The position numbers and the translations under genes are program-made. Below, piece after piece: positions 44,470 to 55,800 of a stretch of 64,000 nt of DNA. The stretch comes from Giardia intestinalis (Eukaryota). The stretch is from the NCBI GenBank assembly GCA_000002435.2, contig CM018789.1. One strand, given 5' to 3'. Below the pieces are notes generated by a model that had not been told where the DNA came from, searched no databases, and saw nothing but the letters and a program-made list of their open reading frames with translations. Each line of letters begins with the position of its first letter. Position 1 is the stretch's first letter.

Positions 44470-47046
44470 CTAGTCGTCACCGATAACCTTTGACCCACGG
44501 ACTAATGGGTGCAACCCCTTGAGGCGCTGCTGAACAGACACTGTCCGGTATTTATCTACATTAGTACTTGAAAGGCATAGTCGCATCATAGCCTGGCGAA
44601 TATCCTCTCTGTAGTCCTCACTGCCCCACTTATGCTTGCTACTTGTTTGAAGGCGTTCTTGGTGCGATATGACCCGAGCATTCGGCTCTGCGCTATCACC
44701 ATGCTTTACAGTAGGTGATACAAAGGATTCTTTTGGAGTTGTCGGTCTTGGTTGAAGGCGAGGTCTCGGAGTACTCATGGCTTTCCGTTGATGGAGTGTA
44801 GCTTTTGTGGTGTGATGGATTGAGTCTCTAGATCCCATAGCTCGGTTGCTCTGTCTAATAAAATTGCTCCCAACCCTCTCTGATGATCTAGATTGGCCAC
44901 GAGAGGAGGCGGTTATAGGTGTAAGTGTCGCAGGGCAAGCGCTGCTTATAGTTGGATGCATGTCATGCACTAGCGATGGATGGTTATAGTTAGTGGTCGC
45001 GTTAATTGTCCGCGTAGATCCAGATGAGCAGCACCGCTTACCCTCTTCATTCTTACTTACGGTTAGGGTTTCCTCGAAGAGCTGCTCCAACTGTATAAGG
45101 CTGACACGCAAGTTCTTTCTTGCAGGGGTTATGGATATTCGCCCAGAAGTAATCAAGTACTTCCTCGGCCGTTCTTGCACAGGTCTCATAGTGGAGTTCA
45201 ATGACCTGCTCATTCCACTGGGCCCGCATCCTGTTGAAGAGTCGTGGGTCAATAGCGACGTGTGCACTTTCTTAAGTGAGTGGCACTCTAATTTAGCCAA
45301 TTTGATAGAATCCTCTTCGGACTCAGATAGGAGTTTGAAGCTTGCTACGTCAAAAATTGGGTCGTGGCAGGGCATGGGGCGAATGCAGGATCTAGATGAA
45401 GGAGTCGATCTGCAGCGTCGTCTAGTAGTATTCTCCTCTACACCGTTTTTGCCGGGCCTAGCTTTTACTCCGGATTCTACAGTGATATCTGTGAGGTGAA
45501 GCAATGAAACTGTGCTAGTTTCATGAATACTATTACGCGTTGCTACGGCTATAAGAGGTTGGAGTGCACTAGACTCTAGTGCAGGTTCTTGGGTCTCAAT
45601 GCGCGAGTTGAGTATACAAAGCTGCTCTGGCTCAAAGTTCTGCACGGAGTATTCCAGTTGGCGCGTTGACGGATCGCATCGTGCAGAAGAACACTCTGGT
45701 AAGGCAAAATCCATGTGGATGTTATCCGTTGTGCTTCGGACGGAAGACTTTCCTGGCTCAATTGCGTTAGTTGGCAGTTTGAGATGAGTGATGTTGTACT
45801 GTGTCTCTAGAGACAGAGGACGTCTGGCGGATGTCCCGGTGGACCCATCACTGTCTCGCTTCAGTCTTGAAGATAGCCCAGGATCGTATTTTAAGTCTGA
45901 CTCGTTGCCATCTACGTAATTGATGGGAACTATTTGCATATTAGAAAGTGTGGTGGTGTCTATATTGTTCTTTGTATCGCTAAAGCCTCGGGGTAGCGCC
46001 AACAAAGGTACTGGTCTTGCTAATTGTGCCTGTCTTCTCTCAGTGCAAGCTTTTATATCACCGCTACTCAGGGCAGTGCTACGATTTGGTGGTATTTCCA
46101 GTTCACCAGCTTGTTGTTTGGTGGCATTTAATGTTGAGAGAGGTGGGAGGCGAGCAGAGAGTGGTGCAGTGGGTGTTACTGTAGTGTGTGAGGATGACGC
46201 ATCTAACGAATCAGCGGTGGAGATAACAGACGACTCTGCGTGCGTAAGGTAGTGGAGATGCGGTGAGCACATAGATGTGATTTGCTTAGTGGCTTGACTG
46301 TCCTCGCTCAAATGGGCTTGCGGAGCTACGATGGGTGAGTCTCTCAAGGGTATCACATGAAGAAAGCGCGGGGTGATGCAGCTGCTCTCCAGTTCAGAAT
46401 CGAAAATGCTGTCAGGGTGTTTCAGCACCACCTTAGCGCTTAAACACCGAGAAAGTTTAACTAGAGCGTTAGAAAAGTTACACTTCTCTCTTGTAAATAG
46501 CGTATCTGCATTGCATGGAGGATCTAAGGCCGTTGCTGGGCGTAGAATATGCTCTTTCCGTTCCGGAATTGGAGACATTTGCAGTGATGACAGATGAGGA
46601 AGAGACTCCAGCACTTGACAAGAATCCATAGATGATTGAATCAATGGAGGAGGCTTTTGTGCTGAGGTCTGAGGGGGAGACGAGGTTGCCATGTTGATAA
46701 TGCTAAGCAGGAGAGACTCTGGGTCTCTGAGGAGGCACTCGCTTGTGGCGGTCGTAGTGCAGTTACTGATAGTCCCTGTATCTAGGAAAGGTGTAAGAAC
46801 TGGCTGAGGATTGGACTGCAAGGGTTTGCTATGACACTGCTCTATGCTCCTCTCGGCTTGCTGTGTCAAAGAATGAAGTGTTCTGCAACACGGGGACCGC
46901 TTTGGGGAAGGATTTGTTTCTCCCACTGATAGGGGTGGCTCGTGGTCCGGAGTAGAGACATGTCTACGCTGCTCTTCTGTGTTATCTAAGGATATCTGAG
47001 CCTTTATATTTGTTTCTCTAATGTCTGTGCTCTCATCTAAGAGCAT
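44470..47046 (-). CDS. Hypothetical Ser/Thr/Pro-rich protein (858 aa)
   Basis: ATG verified at 47046. Long low-complexity ORF. It is the fifth consecutive minus-strand gene in a tightly packed run from 38933 to 47046. Confidence 0.5.
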   Translation of the reverse strand: MLLDESTDIRETNIKAQISLDNTEEQRRHVSTPDHEPPLSVGETNPSPKRSPCCRTLHSLTQQAERSIEQCHSKPLQSNPQPVLTPFLDTGTISNCTTTATSECLLRDPESLLLSIINMATSSPPQTSAQKPPPLIQSSMDSCQVLESLPHLSSLQMSPIPERKEHILRPATALDPPCNADTLFTREKCNFSNALVKLSRCLSAKVVLKHPDSIFDSELESSCITPRFLHVIPLRDSPIVAPQAHLSEDSQATKQITSMCSPHLHYLTHAESSVISTADSLDASSSHTTVTPTAPLSARLPPLSTLNATKQQAGELEIPPNRSTALSSGDIKACTERRQAQLARPVPLLALPRGFSDTKNNIDTTTLSNMQIVPINYVDGNESDLKYDPGLSSRLKRDSDGSTGTSARRPLSLETQYNITHLKLPTNAIEPGKSSVRSTTDNIHMDFALPECSSARCDPSTRQLEYSVQNFEPEQLCILNSRIETQEPALESSALQPLIAVATRNSIHETSTVSLLHLTDITVESGVKARPGKNGVEENTTRRRCRSTPSSRSCIRPMPCHDPIFDVASFKLLSESEEDSIKLAKLECHSLKKVHTSLLTHDSSTGCGPSGMSRSLNSTMRPVQERPRKYLITSGRISITPARKNLRVSLIQLEQLFEETLTVSKNEEGKRCCSSGSTRTINATTNYNHPSLVHDMHPTISSACPATLTPITASSRGQSRSSERVGSNFIRQSNRAMGSRDSIHHTTKATLHQRKAMSTPRPRLQPRPTTPKESFVSPTVKHGDSAEPNARVISHQERLQTSSKHKWGSEDYREDIRQAMMRLCLSSTNVDKYRTVSVQQRLKGLHPLVRGSKVIGDD

Positions 47047-47108
47047 AGAACCCTTTTCTTTTACCCCATGAAAAAATACTTATCCTCAAACTACCCTTTA
47101 CCTGACAG

Positions 47109-50100
47109 ATGCCGGGAGATGTCACCAAGACAGTGGTCCTTCATAGAAACCAGAGACTGCGTCAGGTATATCTCGATGTTCCATCTGTTTTAACGAACTC
47201 CCCTACCTCTAGACACCTAGATGAGCACCAGGAAATAAATGTTCGTTCCACCACCCTTGCTAATTTCAGAGAGGCGGCATCAAAGTGGAAGGACATGCCC
47301 TTTCTTTCCTTCCGCAGCGGACTTTCGTGTACAGCTAAGAACCAGATCCCGGCGTACCAGGCTGTTACATATGCAGAGGCAGATCAGATGGTGAACCACT
47401 TGGCAGCAGCGCTCAAGTACGTCGGCCTCTCATACCAGAAAAAGGTCGGCCTCTTGGGGGACACATCCCCTCTGATGCTCATGTCTGACCTTGCAATCAC
47501 CTCTCTGGGGGGTATATCTGTTTCCATACCATCCTTTCTTTCGTATGATAACATAGTGTATGCAATTAACCATTCCGGAGTGCGTGTGCTTTTAACGCAG
47601 GCTCAGTTCTTACCAATGATTCTAGGCACCTCGAATCACTGCCCTTTCTTGAAGCTTGTTCTTACATTCGATCAAGTTATTGATGACATTGATCTTCTTC
47701 CTAAGGCAGTGAAGGTCTATGCTCAGCTTAGTGAAAACCAGCATCTATTGCATGATGCAGACGAAGATGAAGAGAACTCTCTCTCTGAGAACGTCATCGA
47801 TAGATCATATCTAGAGAATATTGCAGACAAGAGTAACATCGCTGTCGAGGCCGTGTTAGAGTCTACAAAGGAGTATGAGGATGAACAGAAGCAGGCAAGG
47901 GAAGGCGCTCTTGTGGAGGTCGAAAGATGCCTTAATGAGGACGATACCCTAACTGAGGAAGAGCTGGACTCTCAAAGGAACTCTGTTATAGCAGCTCATT
48001 TCAATAACGTTAATCCTCTGAATCCGACGGCGTTGAAGATACCAGAGAGCAAGGTAACAGACGAGCTAACGAAGCAGATCATCATCCGTGCGCAGATGAC
48101 AGACATCCAGTCCAGATTTACCACTCCCCTAACAGCTTTGAAGCTCTCCCAAATCTATCAAAAGAAAACATGTGGCCAAATTCTTTCTAAGGAGCTATAC
48201 AATCTAGTATCAAACTTGCGAACAAAGGAGTGTTCGTTGGATGCTGCTAAGGATTGCATTAACAGTCCGCTTTATCTAAGCCATCTGGACAATCTCAACA
48301 TCATTCAGCTGGATCAGCTTTTGGAGCTGACTAAGAGAAATCCATACACAGCTTCTGATGACTATCAAGTGGACCCTACCGATGTCTGGTCAATCTCGTA
48401 TTCAGAGGTAGGATACACCTCCAAGTACTCCTCTATAGACTATTTCTTTGGGACTTGCAACAGAAAGCTATGGGACCCAAATCAGTCCTCTGCCAATGCT
48501 AAAGCTGATCCACGCCCTGCGAAGAAGTTTAGTCAATTCAACCTGTTACTGAGTGGACATCCTGTCAAGGCAAGCGTCTATTCACACAGTTGTTTCCTCG
48601 CTGCAATAAGGTCTCACTTTTACCATCACTTTCCATACAATACAGCAACCTTTTCCCAAGTACACTCTAGCTATTACTGTCATCTGCCATACAATTCCCT
48701 TTTCGAGAGAATTATGGAACATGGAGCTATAACACGAGGGTACCGCCTGGTCTTTCACACAGGTCAGTTTCGCTATCTATTTTCCGACATGCTGCTGGGA
48801 AGACCGACAATCTTCGCTGCGTCTCCTCGGTTTTTCAAAAAACTGCACCAGTACTTAGTCGAGTTCCTGACCAAGGTGAGCGCCAACAAAAAGAAGGCCT
48901 TTGAAAAGACATACAATGCGCGGCTTGCAAAGCTCAGCTCTATATACGCAGCCATGGAGAGAGCTCACTCACTTGTCTATATGCTGGATACTATAGAGTA
49001 TTTTGAGGAGAAGTTCATGGACATCCACACTCGCAATATTGAAGCGGTTATGCAAGCAACCAATAGCGAGCTATCCTACAATCTTCATCGCTCTGCGTTC
49101 ACTTTGGCGCCAAGCTATAAGACTGTCCTCGACATTACAAGCCCCTCATACAGAAACAAGGCCAAGCACAAGAGAGCTCAGAGTTACGTTGACGCGCACC
49201 ATTATGAGCAAAAGCAGGCCATGTCACTTCAACCAGAAAAGAAGCATACTCTAGACCAGTTGGGAGTTGAGCTAAGCCCGCAGCTAGACTTCAAGAATCA
49301 GCAGTTTACTGACATCATCGAGCCCTGGATCGTCTCTAGCAACCCGCGCACACGAGCCCTTCATACCTTCAGAATAGCTAGTGAGGATATTGGTGGAGGG
49401 GACGCCGGTTGCGATTTCTCTAGGCTCACACGTCTTCGTAAGATTGGAAGCAGAGACATCAACATTTCGAGCCTGCAAGGAGAGTCAATGGAGAGCAGCG
49501 AGCAGACGGACAAGGAGAAGAAATTCAACAAGTACATGCAGGCTATTGTCAATAAAGTGAGCGCTCCCCTTTCCACCACAGTTAAAGAGTTTGTTCCACC
49601 AGAGGACAGTATCAAAATAAGTCGGAGCAAGGCAAAACTAAATGCATCATCGATTCCGTTGCTTCCGCGGAACATACTGATGTGCAGTGACGAGAGTGAT
49701 GCAAGCAGTCACAGCGAGATTAGCGAAAGCAGCACAAAACCCATAGAGTCTGCAGCTCTGCCGCCGGAAGCACCTGTTGAAAAGCTCCAGCACAATACGC
49801 CTGGACTAATGGAAGGCTCTCCGTTTAAGATGCAGCGCTATGGATCCAGTTATGAATGGCAGTACTATGAACATCTCAAAAACAAGGAGCCATCCTCCGT
49901 CACTGGAGATACAGAGTCTAGTCGTAGCGAAATGGGAACCTCACATTCAGTCGGAATTTCGTCTAAGCATGAGTCGGAGGGAATCGCTACCACAGAGGTG
50001 TCATATACAATTACTAGCGCCTCCCATTCCAGACCAGATGCAGAGGCAAAACACACAGGGGCTCAGCTCACTGAAGTGCGAAAACGAACACGCTCCTCAC

Positions 50101-52820
50101 ACAATGAGGCCTTGTCAGTGATTCACCTGAACGCCTCCCCTTCTCTTGAAGAGACCTTTGCGCAGAAGGAAGGCAAGTCCAAGCAAACTTCTATTAAGCA
50201 AAGAAAGGAACTAAATAAGCTGCACAGGCAACAGCAGAAGAATATGAGCAAGGTCGTGAAGGATAAGACAACCGTCACTAAGGAGCTTAATCGACTGCAT
50301 TTTGAGAACAATTTAAAGGTAGCACTAAGATCTTCTCCAGCAGAATCTCCTGTCATCAAACGCGTTCAGGATCTCTTCGGCGGCAGCCTGGAGTTTATTA
50401 TTTCTAATAGCGTTATAGACAACGTTGATACTTGGGAGTTTCTTCGAACCATACTGGGTTGCCACGGATGTCAATTGGTTGGCTATAGTGAGCTAACAGG
50501 TGGCGGCCTTTACAACGAGGTGCACGATAGCTCATTGAACTGGAGCCTAGGAAGGTCGGGAGTCGGCGTCAAGTGCAAAATTGTTGATCTTTCTGAAGGA
50601 TGGTTCCCAGATATTCTCACGCGGCTAGTTCTTGATAGCGTGACACCATCTCTTCACACTGTGAGCCGCAAACTATACATACAGCGCTATAACAAACTGC
50701 AAGAGATGATTGCGAATGGTATGCCACGCTTCATAGACACACAGTTGGGTGAGTTGTGCCTTGCAGGCCGTATGCTCAGCTTGGGGTATTATGCTGGCGA
50801 CGCTCTTTATCAGTACGCTAAAAGCTTTAAGCCGTCTCCTCGGGATTGCGTCCAATCTACTACTATGGAAAGCTTTAGCACCACGACTAACGTTTCTATG
50901 TCCGAAGGAGGGGTTGCTGATTTTCCCTGCAAATCTAGCGAATTAAATATTACGACTCCCCGACGGCTTTCCTCGGGCGGTCTTTCTGAAAATAAAGTCT
51001 GCCAGAAGGAAGAGTCAGATCGCAGCAGTCAGTTTTCTACAATGGATTGCACGTCCATCAATTCTACCCCATCGTGGCTGGATGCAGAAGTTGACCATGG
51101 AATTGCCGTCAGAACAAAGGAGAAGCTTCTTAAACAGGCAGCCCGGCGCAAATCTATGATTATTGCCAGGAAGAATGCAAGTGCCTTGGGCTTAAGTACT
51201 TCTAATCTCAAGCAAACGACTGCATCAGAAAGCGATCCGTTTAGCGGGTCAGTATATACAATCGGCGGTATTGCAGGGCAAAGCGCCTCACAAACAATAT
51301 TGGGTGTTCCTCTCATAAATCTTTTATCGTCGTCATCCTCGGGACCGCCCAAGACCACATCTGCACGGCGTATGTCATCAACGAGTACAAATTCGACACT
51401 GGCAGCTGATATTGCATCTGTCAACCAGACGTTTGTTCCTACCATCATGACGCCTGCAACAACCAACCCGTTTTCTGCCCCGCTCAACTATAATCAGACG
51501 GCATACTCTAGTAACGCCTCGCTGAATATTAAGAGTTACAAAAGTACCACTAAAGGGAATGAGCACATAGATCAATCTCTAGCCCTGAAACCAGTCTTTC
51601 CGCCCGAAAGGCCTCCAGCCAACCTATCGTTGCCTATTTTGGAGTCGCAGTGCTCAAATATGCTATCGTTGGCATCCATGCATGGAGTTTCGGGGCGGTC
51701 TTCGCTACATGCCAGATCAGTGTCTCCCCAGATTCCTTTACTTGAGCCGTCTACATCGTGCTGCACAGGCGGCCAGACTACCAATGATGTCTCCATTGAC
51801 ATGCCATCGCAGCAGGGTCTTGTGGTGCTAAATCCACCGCAGCAATCCATTTACGAATGCATCATTGATCCCACAGATGAGGATGGCTACTACCACACGG
51901 GCGACATGGTCGAATTCGAGCAGCTTAGCGGGCGGATTATATACCGTGGGACTGTTCGTGACTATCTAGACAGACACGTGTATGCAATTATAGAGCGTTT
52001 TCTGATCGAAGAAGAGCTTATTTCGCCTGAGCAGCGGGACAGGGATCCAGACACTCTCTCGTCCACGCTTCTGTCTCCTGAAGAGCTGAGCTTGTGCTCC
52101 AGACCAAGCAAGGTGCCGGCAGACATGTGGACAAAAGGCAAGCTTGTCGCCATGCATATGCGCAAGCAGCTCTGTGCAAACCTCCACATGACATTTAAGC
52201 TGTCTTCTTCGCACTATCTAAATATAGGGTTAATAGAAGAGCTGATTGTATCGGAGATACCTTATGTTATTGACGTTTTACTTTACACATTCGATGGTGC
52301 CTCTAGGCCGATGGCGTTCCTTTACGTCAAGGGATTTGCACTACTAGAAGCTCTTGAGCAGGGGGGAATTCGTTTAAATGCAGTTGAGAGCGGTGAGGCA
52401 GACTTCTCTGTTGATAAATTTACTAATTCGAAGACAATAATATATGCAACTCTTGGCAAAATGCACGGAGAAAACAAGGACAAGCTGACAAGCTTTCTAA
52501 AGGGGACATCAAAAGGGCCTCAGATACCCAGGTATGTGATGCGAGTGTCGCACTGTGCATTTCTCTCTATCGTAGACAATGCCCGCATTTTAACGTACAT
52601 CCGCTCCGATATAAGGATGGTTCTTCGGGACAGGAATCTTTCCAGATACTTCGCACCCATGTACATCGTGTATGTGACCAACTCAGACATGCTATTGACA
52701 GAGCCAAAGCTACGCACCATAACCGGAAAGCGAAACAGGGAGTCGTTTCTTAAGAAGTTCAGTGGTGACATTGCGAGGTACAAGCAAGATGAGGGTGTGC
52801 CAGAGCTTATCTTCCATTGA
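47109..52820 (+). CDS. Giant (1903 aa) acyl-CoA synthetase / AMP-binding-enzyme-like protein with degenerate ATP-binding loop and very large insertions
   Basis: ATG at 47109. The N-terminal ANL-superfamily pattern is TYAEADQMVNHLAAALKYVG...VGLLGDTSPLMLMSDLAITSLGGISVSIP...YAINHSGVRVLLTQAQ. The putative P-loop position reads LLSGHPVKASVYSH instead of [ST]SGTTGxPKG. The downstream motif YHTGDMVEFEQLSGRIIYRGTVRDYLD corresponds to YRTGD...GRxxDxIK. About 1200 aa of low-complexity insert lie between the motifs. Confidence 0.55.
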   Translation: MPGDVTKTVVLHRNQRLRQVYLDVPSVLTNSPTSRHLDEHQEINVRSTTLANFREAASKWKDMPFLSFRSGLSCTAKNQIPAYQAVTYAEADQMVNHLAAALKYVGLSYQKKVGLLGDTSPLMLMSDLAITSLGGISVSIPSFLSYDNIVYAINHSGVRVLLTQAQFLPMILGTSNHCPFLKLVLTFDQVIDDIDLLPKAVKVYAQLSENQHLLHDADEDEENSLSENVIDRSYLENIADKSNIAVEAVLESTKEYEDEQKQAREGALVEVERCLNEDDTLTEEELDSQRNSVIAAHFNNVNPLNPTALKIPESKVTDELTKQIIIRAQMTDIQSRFTTPLTALKLSQIYQKKTCGQILSKELYNLVSNLRTKECSLDAAKDCINSPLYLSHLDNLNIIQLDQLLELTKRNPYTASDDYQVDPTDVWSISYSEVGYTSKYSSIDYFFGTCNRKLWDPNQSSANAKADPRPAKKFSQFNLLLSGHPVKASVYSHSCFLAAIRSHFYHHFPYNTATFSQVHSSYYCHLPYNSLFERIMEHGAITRGYRLVFHTGQFRYLFSDMLLGRPTIFAASPRFFKKLHQYLVEFLTKVSANKKKAFEKTYNARLAKLSSIYAAMERAHSLVYMLDTIEYFEEKFMDIHTRNIEAVMQATNSELSYNLHRSAFTLAPSYKTVLDITSPSYRNKAKHKRAQSYVDAHHYEQKQAMSLQPEKKHTLDQLGVELSPQLDFKNQQFTDIIEPWIVSSNPRTRALHTFRIASEDIGGGDAGCDFSRLTRLRKIGSRDINISSLQGESMESSEQTDKEKKFNKYMQAIVNKVSAPLSTTVKEFVPPEDSIKISRSKAKLNASSIPLLPRNILMCSDESDASSHSEISESSTKPIESAALPPEAPVEKLQHNTPGLMEGSPFKMQRYGSSYEWQYYEHLKNKEPSSVTGDTESSRSEMGTSHSVGISSKHESEGIATTEVSYTITSASHSRPDAEAKHTGAQLTEVRKRTRSSHNEALSVIHLNASPSLEETFAQKEGKSKQTSIKQRKELNKLHRQQQKNMSKVVKDKTTVTKELNRLHFENNLKVALRSSPAESPVIKRVQDLFGGSLEFIISNSVIDNVDTWEFLRTILGCHGCQLVGYSELTGGGLYNEVHDSSLNWSLGRSGVGVKCKIVDLSEGWFPDILTRLVLDSVTPSLHTVSRKLYIQRYNKLQEMIANGMPRFIDTQLGELCLAGRMLSLGYYAGDALYQYAKSFKPSPRDCVQSTTMESFSTTTNVSMSEGGVADFPCKSSELNITTPRRLSSGGLSENKVCQKEESDRSSQFSTMDCTSINSTPSWLDAEVDHGIAVRTKEKLLKQAARRKSMIIARKNASALGLSTSNLKQTTASESDPFSGSVYTIGGIAGQSASQTILGVPLINLLSSSSSGPPKTTSARRMSSTSTNSTLAADIASVNQTFVPTIMTPATTNPFSAPLNYNQTAYSSNASLNIKSYKSTTKGNEHIDQSLALKPVFPPERPPANLSLPILESQCSNMLSLASMHGVSGRSSLHARSVSPQIPLLEPSTSCCTGGQTTNDVSIDMPSQQGLVVLNPPQQSIYECIIDPTDEDGYYHTGDMVEFEQLSGRIIYRGTVRDYLDRHVYAIIERFLIEEELISPEQRDRDPDTLSSTLLSPEELSLCSRPSKVPADMWTKGKLVAMHMRKQLCANLHMTFKLSSSHYLNIGLIEELIVSEIPYVIDVLLYTFDGASRPMAFLYVKGFALLEALEQGGIRLNAVESGEADFSVDKFTNSKTIIYATLGKMHGENKDKLTSFLKGTSKGPQIPRYVMRVSHCAFLSIVDNARILTYIRSDIRMVLRDRNLSRYFAPMYIVYVTNSDMLLTEPKLRTITGKRNRESFLKKFSGDIARYKQDEGVPELIFH

Positions 52821-55800
52821 TCAGGTTGGCCCTCAAGAAGTCCAGGGTCTCTTTGGCGGAGAGCCCAAACAGCTGCGCAGCGGACTCTATCTTCTCATTA
52901 TTTTTTTCAGTCCATGCCCAGTGACTGGCATCAAGCGAAAATAGCACCACACTATTTGAAGAATAATATGAAGACGACCATCTATTGGTTAAGCTGGGCT
53001 CAGAAGACATCGCCATCATTATAACCTTTTGTGGAATCACCTTCAGAAAGGTAAAATCGGAATGCTTTCTGGCAGATGTATTAAGCTTATCCATGCAGAG
53101 CTGCATTCTTCTACGAACAGACGACATGGTCGTCTCAGGCTTAACTCCAAAGTAGTGCGAGGTGTCAGCTACTGCAATCCAAAATCTTGTTATCAGAAAG
53201 TGTATAGTGGTGGCGTCACGGAACTTTTCGTTGTCCATGACGCACTCCATGAAGTTCGCCACCGGGGTACTGATGATGTCTCCAGCTTCCTTTAAAATCC
53301 CTTTAACCTTGTTGCGGAGAGAGACATAGCTTTCTTCCGACCACTCGGTAGGGAGCTCGAGGCCTGTGTATACAGAAGTACCCATGACGCTTCTCTGCAG
53401 TTCATTGCAGTCCAGAGACTGGAACTGAAGGGACTGCTGAGAGTAAGAGTCCTGACTAGACACATACGTAGACGCCTTAACACATGCAAATGCTGTTCGT
53501 GCCGCGTCCCCCGTGGAGAGCACAAGGCGGAGAATTAGCATTAGAATGAGTTGTACGCGCAAGGGATTAGCTGAAAGCTCTTCCGGATTCTTCGCTATAT
53601 ACATGCTAGCTATAGTATTTGCAAACTCTGCCATAGAGCTTATGACCTCACTAACTGCGCTAGTCACCATATCTGTGCTCATCATTACATGGGCTTGCAC
53701 AGACATGCACATGCTGATTGAATAGTAAGATGCTATAAGCTCTAGAATGTATGCAGAAAGAGCTACCAATTCGCTGTCATTCGCAAATAGTAGATCCACA
53801 AAATAGGCCTTAAGTCTGTATATCTTCTCTGTCAAGGGCTTAAATTTGGTTGGGTCCGTGTAGGGGAATGTTATCAGGTGGTTAGATATGCATATGATCT
53901 TCCCAATAGGTCTCCTATCGTTGGTGGTGAGGATGTCCTGAATGAATCCAAGAAGAGTATTAAACGCTAGCTTAATAAGGGAAGAATCGAACAGTCTCAT
54001 GCAGATGCTAGACCTTATGCATGGAGACGCAAACTGAAGCTGCATTAGCGCATTCATAATCTCATTGTATCTCCCACAAAGTGCTGTGCGTACAAAGTGT
54101 ATGGCATCGGCCCGTGAAAAGATCTCTTGGAGAAACCTTTCCAGGGCTTCCTTTCTCACTTTGTTTATTAGTGCGTCCTTTAGCGACAAACCCTCTTTTC
54201 CTTTTACTGTCGTAAACTTTAACCAGTAATCGGCGCTTAGTATCATTTCAAACAAGGTCTTCTTGAAGAATTGATGCTTTAGTATAGCCTCTAGAAGATC
54301 AGCATTATTAGAAATATGTGTAAACACTTTTGAAAAGAGAAGGTATATGTCTCTGCGCTGCCTATGGGTGAATGGTGGAGACTCGTCGGCAATTTCACCG
54401 AGAAAGTAGCAATTAACCAACTTAGTTATTATTGCGTCGCGCTTGAGGAAGGAGATAACGCGCGGCTCAACCTCAGTCAGCTGATTAAGTGCATCGAGGG
54501 AAAGGAGCAACGTGAACACCTTGTCGGTATTGATGCACTTATCTATGTCGTCGTAATTATTGGCATTAGTGATCGCATCCAGGTAAGGCGTGGATGGACA
54601 AACCTCCTCCTTAGTAACTCCAGGAACTTGTAGATCATTGCCTCCATAGTATAAGTTGATCTCTTCCATACACTTGTAACTCAATAGAGTCCGAAGCCGT
54701 TTCTTTCTAGATATCATGTTTGATATGGCAGATCTTGTCTTCGGCAATGTATGCCCATGCGAGACAATAGGTGACTCCTCGGTAGCCTTGTGAGCAAAAT
54801 CGTTAAAGAACACCAGCTCACAGTCTGCAAGCAGGTGCTTGGAGTCTCCGTCTTTGAAAGCATCATTCTTGCTCTTCTTATTTGCGCCAGAAGTCTTAGA
54901 CAGCTCACTTGCAGCTGCTTTCACTGCTGATAAACCTCGACAAATGCCCTCATAAAGGAGACGGGTAGGCATCGGGACGTCGACCACTGTGTCTAGGGTA
55001 TTCGATGCTTCCATTCCATATGGAACGGGCGTCAATGCTGAAGTAGAGTGTTGCTCTTTGAACAGAGAAAAAGTCCTGGCTGAAAGGACATCCCTAGCTG
55101 TCGTATCCTCATTGAATGTCTGGTTATCCACAGGGGATTCGCTCATTTTAGATATTGACTGGAGCGACGGGTCCGGCGAGTCCTGGGAGAATGTAAGAAG
55201 CTCATCGGACGGAGCGCTTGGCAATGGCACCTCGCATGAGCCGTAACTGTGAGTGTGCTTATCAGTGACAGAGCTGTGGCAGCTTGTGCTCGTCTTAAGA
55301 GGAAACGGATAGGTGGGTTGGCGGCCCTGTTGACGCAAAGCCGCAGCCTCTGAGAGATGCCTGCACTTGAGGCTATGAATATTTATACATGGCTTTGCCC
55401 TATAGGCTGCAAGCTTTCTGACAAAACTCTTTAGACACTTGATTTCGTTCTTTTTAACCTGAACTATGTTCTTATCTATACCGGACACATGTGTAATGAC
55501 ATCAGCAAATTTAGTGATCAGCGAGACGACTGTCTCTGATGTGGTCTCGTTCAAACGCTTTACAGAGTCGATCTTTATACTAGAGTCCTGCAATGGATAG
55601 TATTGAGGCAACTTGATGCATCCATCACTATTAAAATAAATCGACTCGGCAGTTAGTCTCGGAGAACACCACATGCAAGAGGAAAATGTGCCATCTTTGT
55701 ACTTATTAAGAACATCTACCGCAAGAATGAGCTGCGCCGAGCAATCCCAGAAAACTTCTGTTGAAAAGCGCTCCGGATATATAGTGTAATAGAGTTGCAG

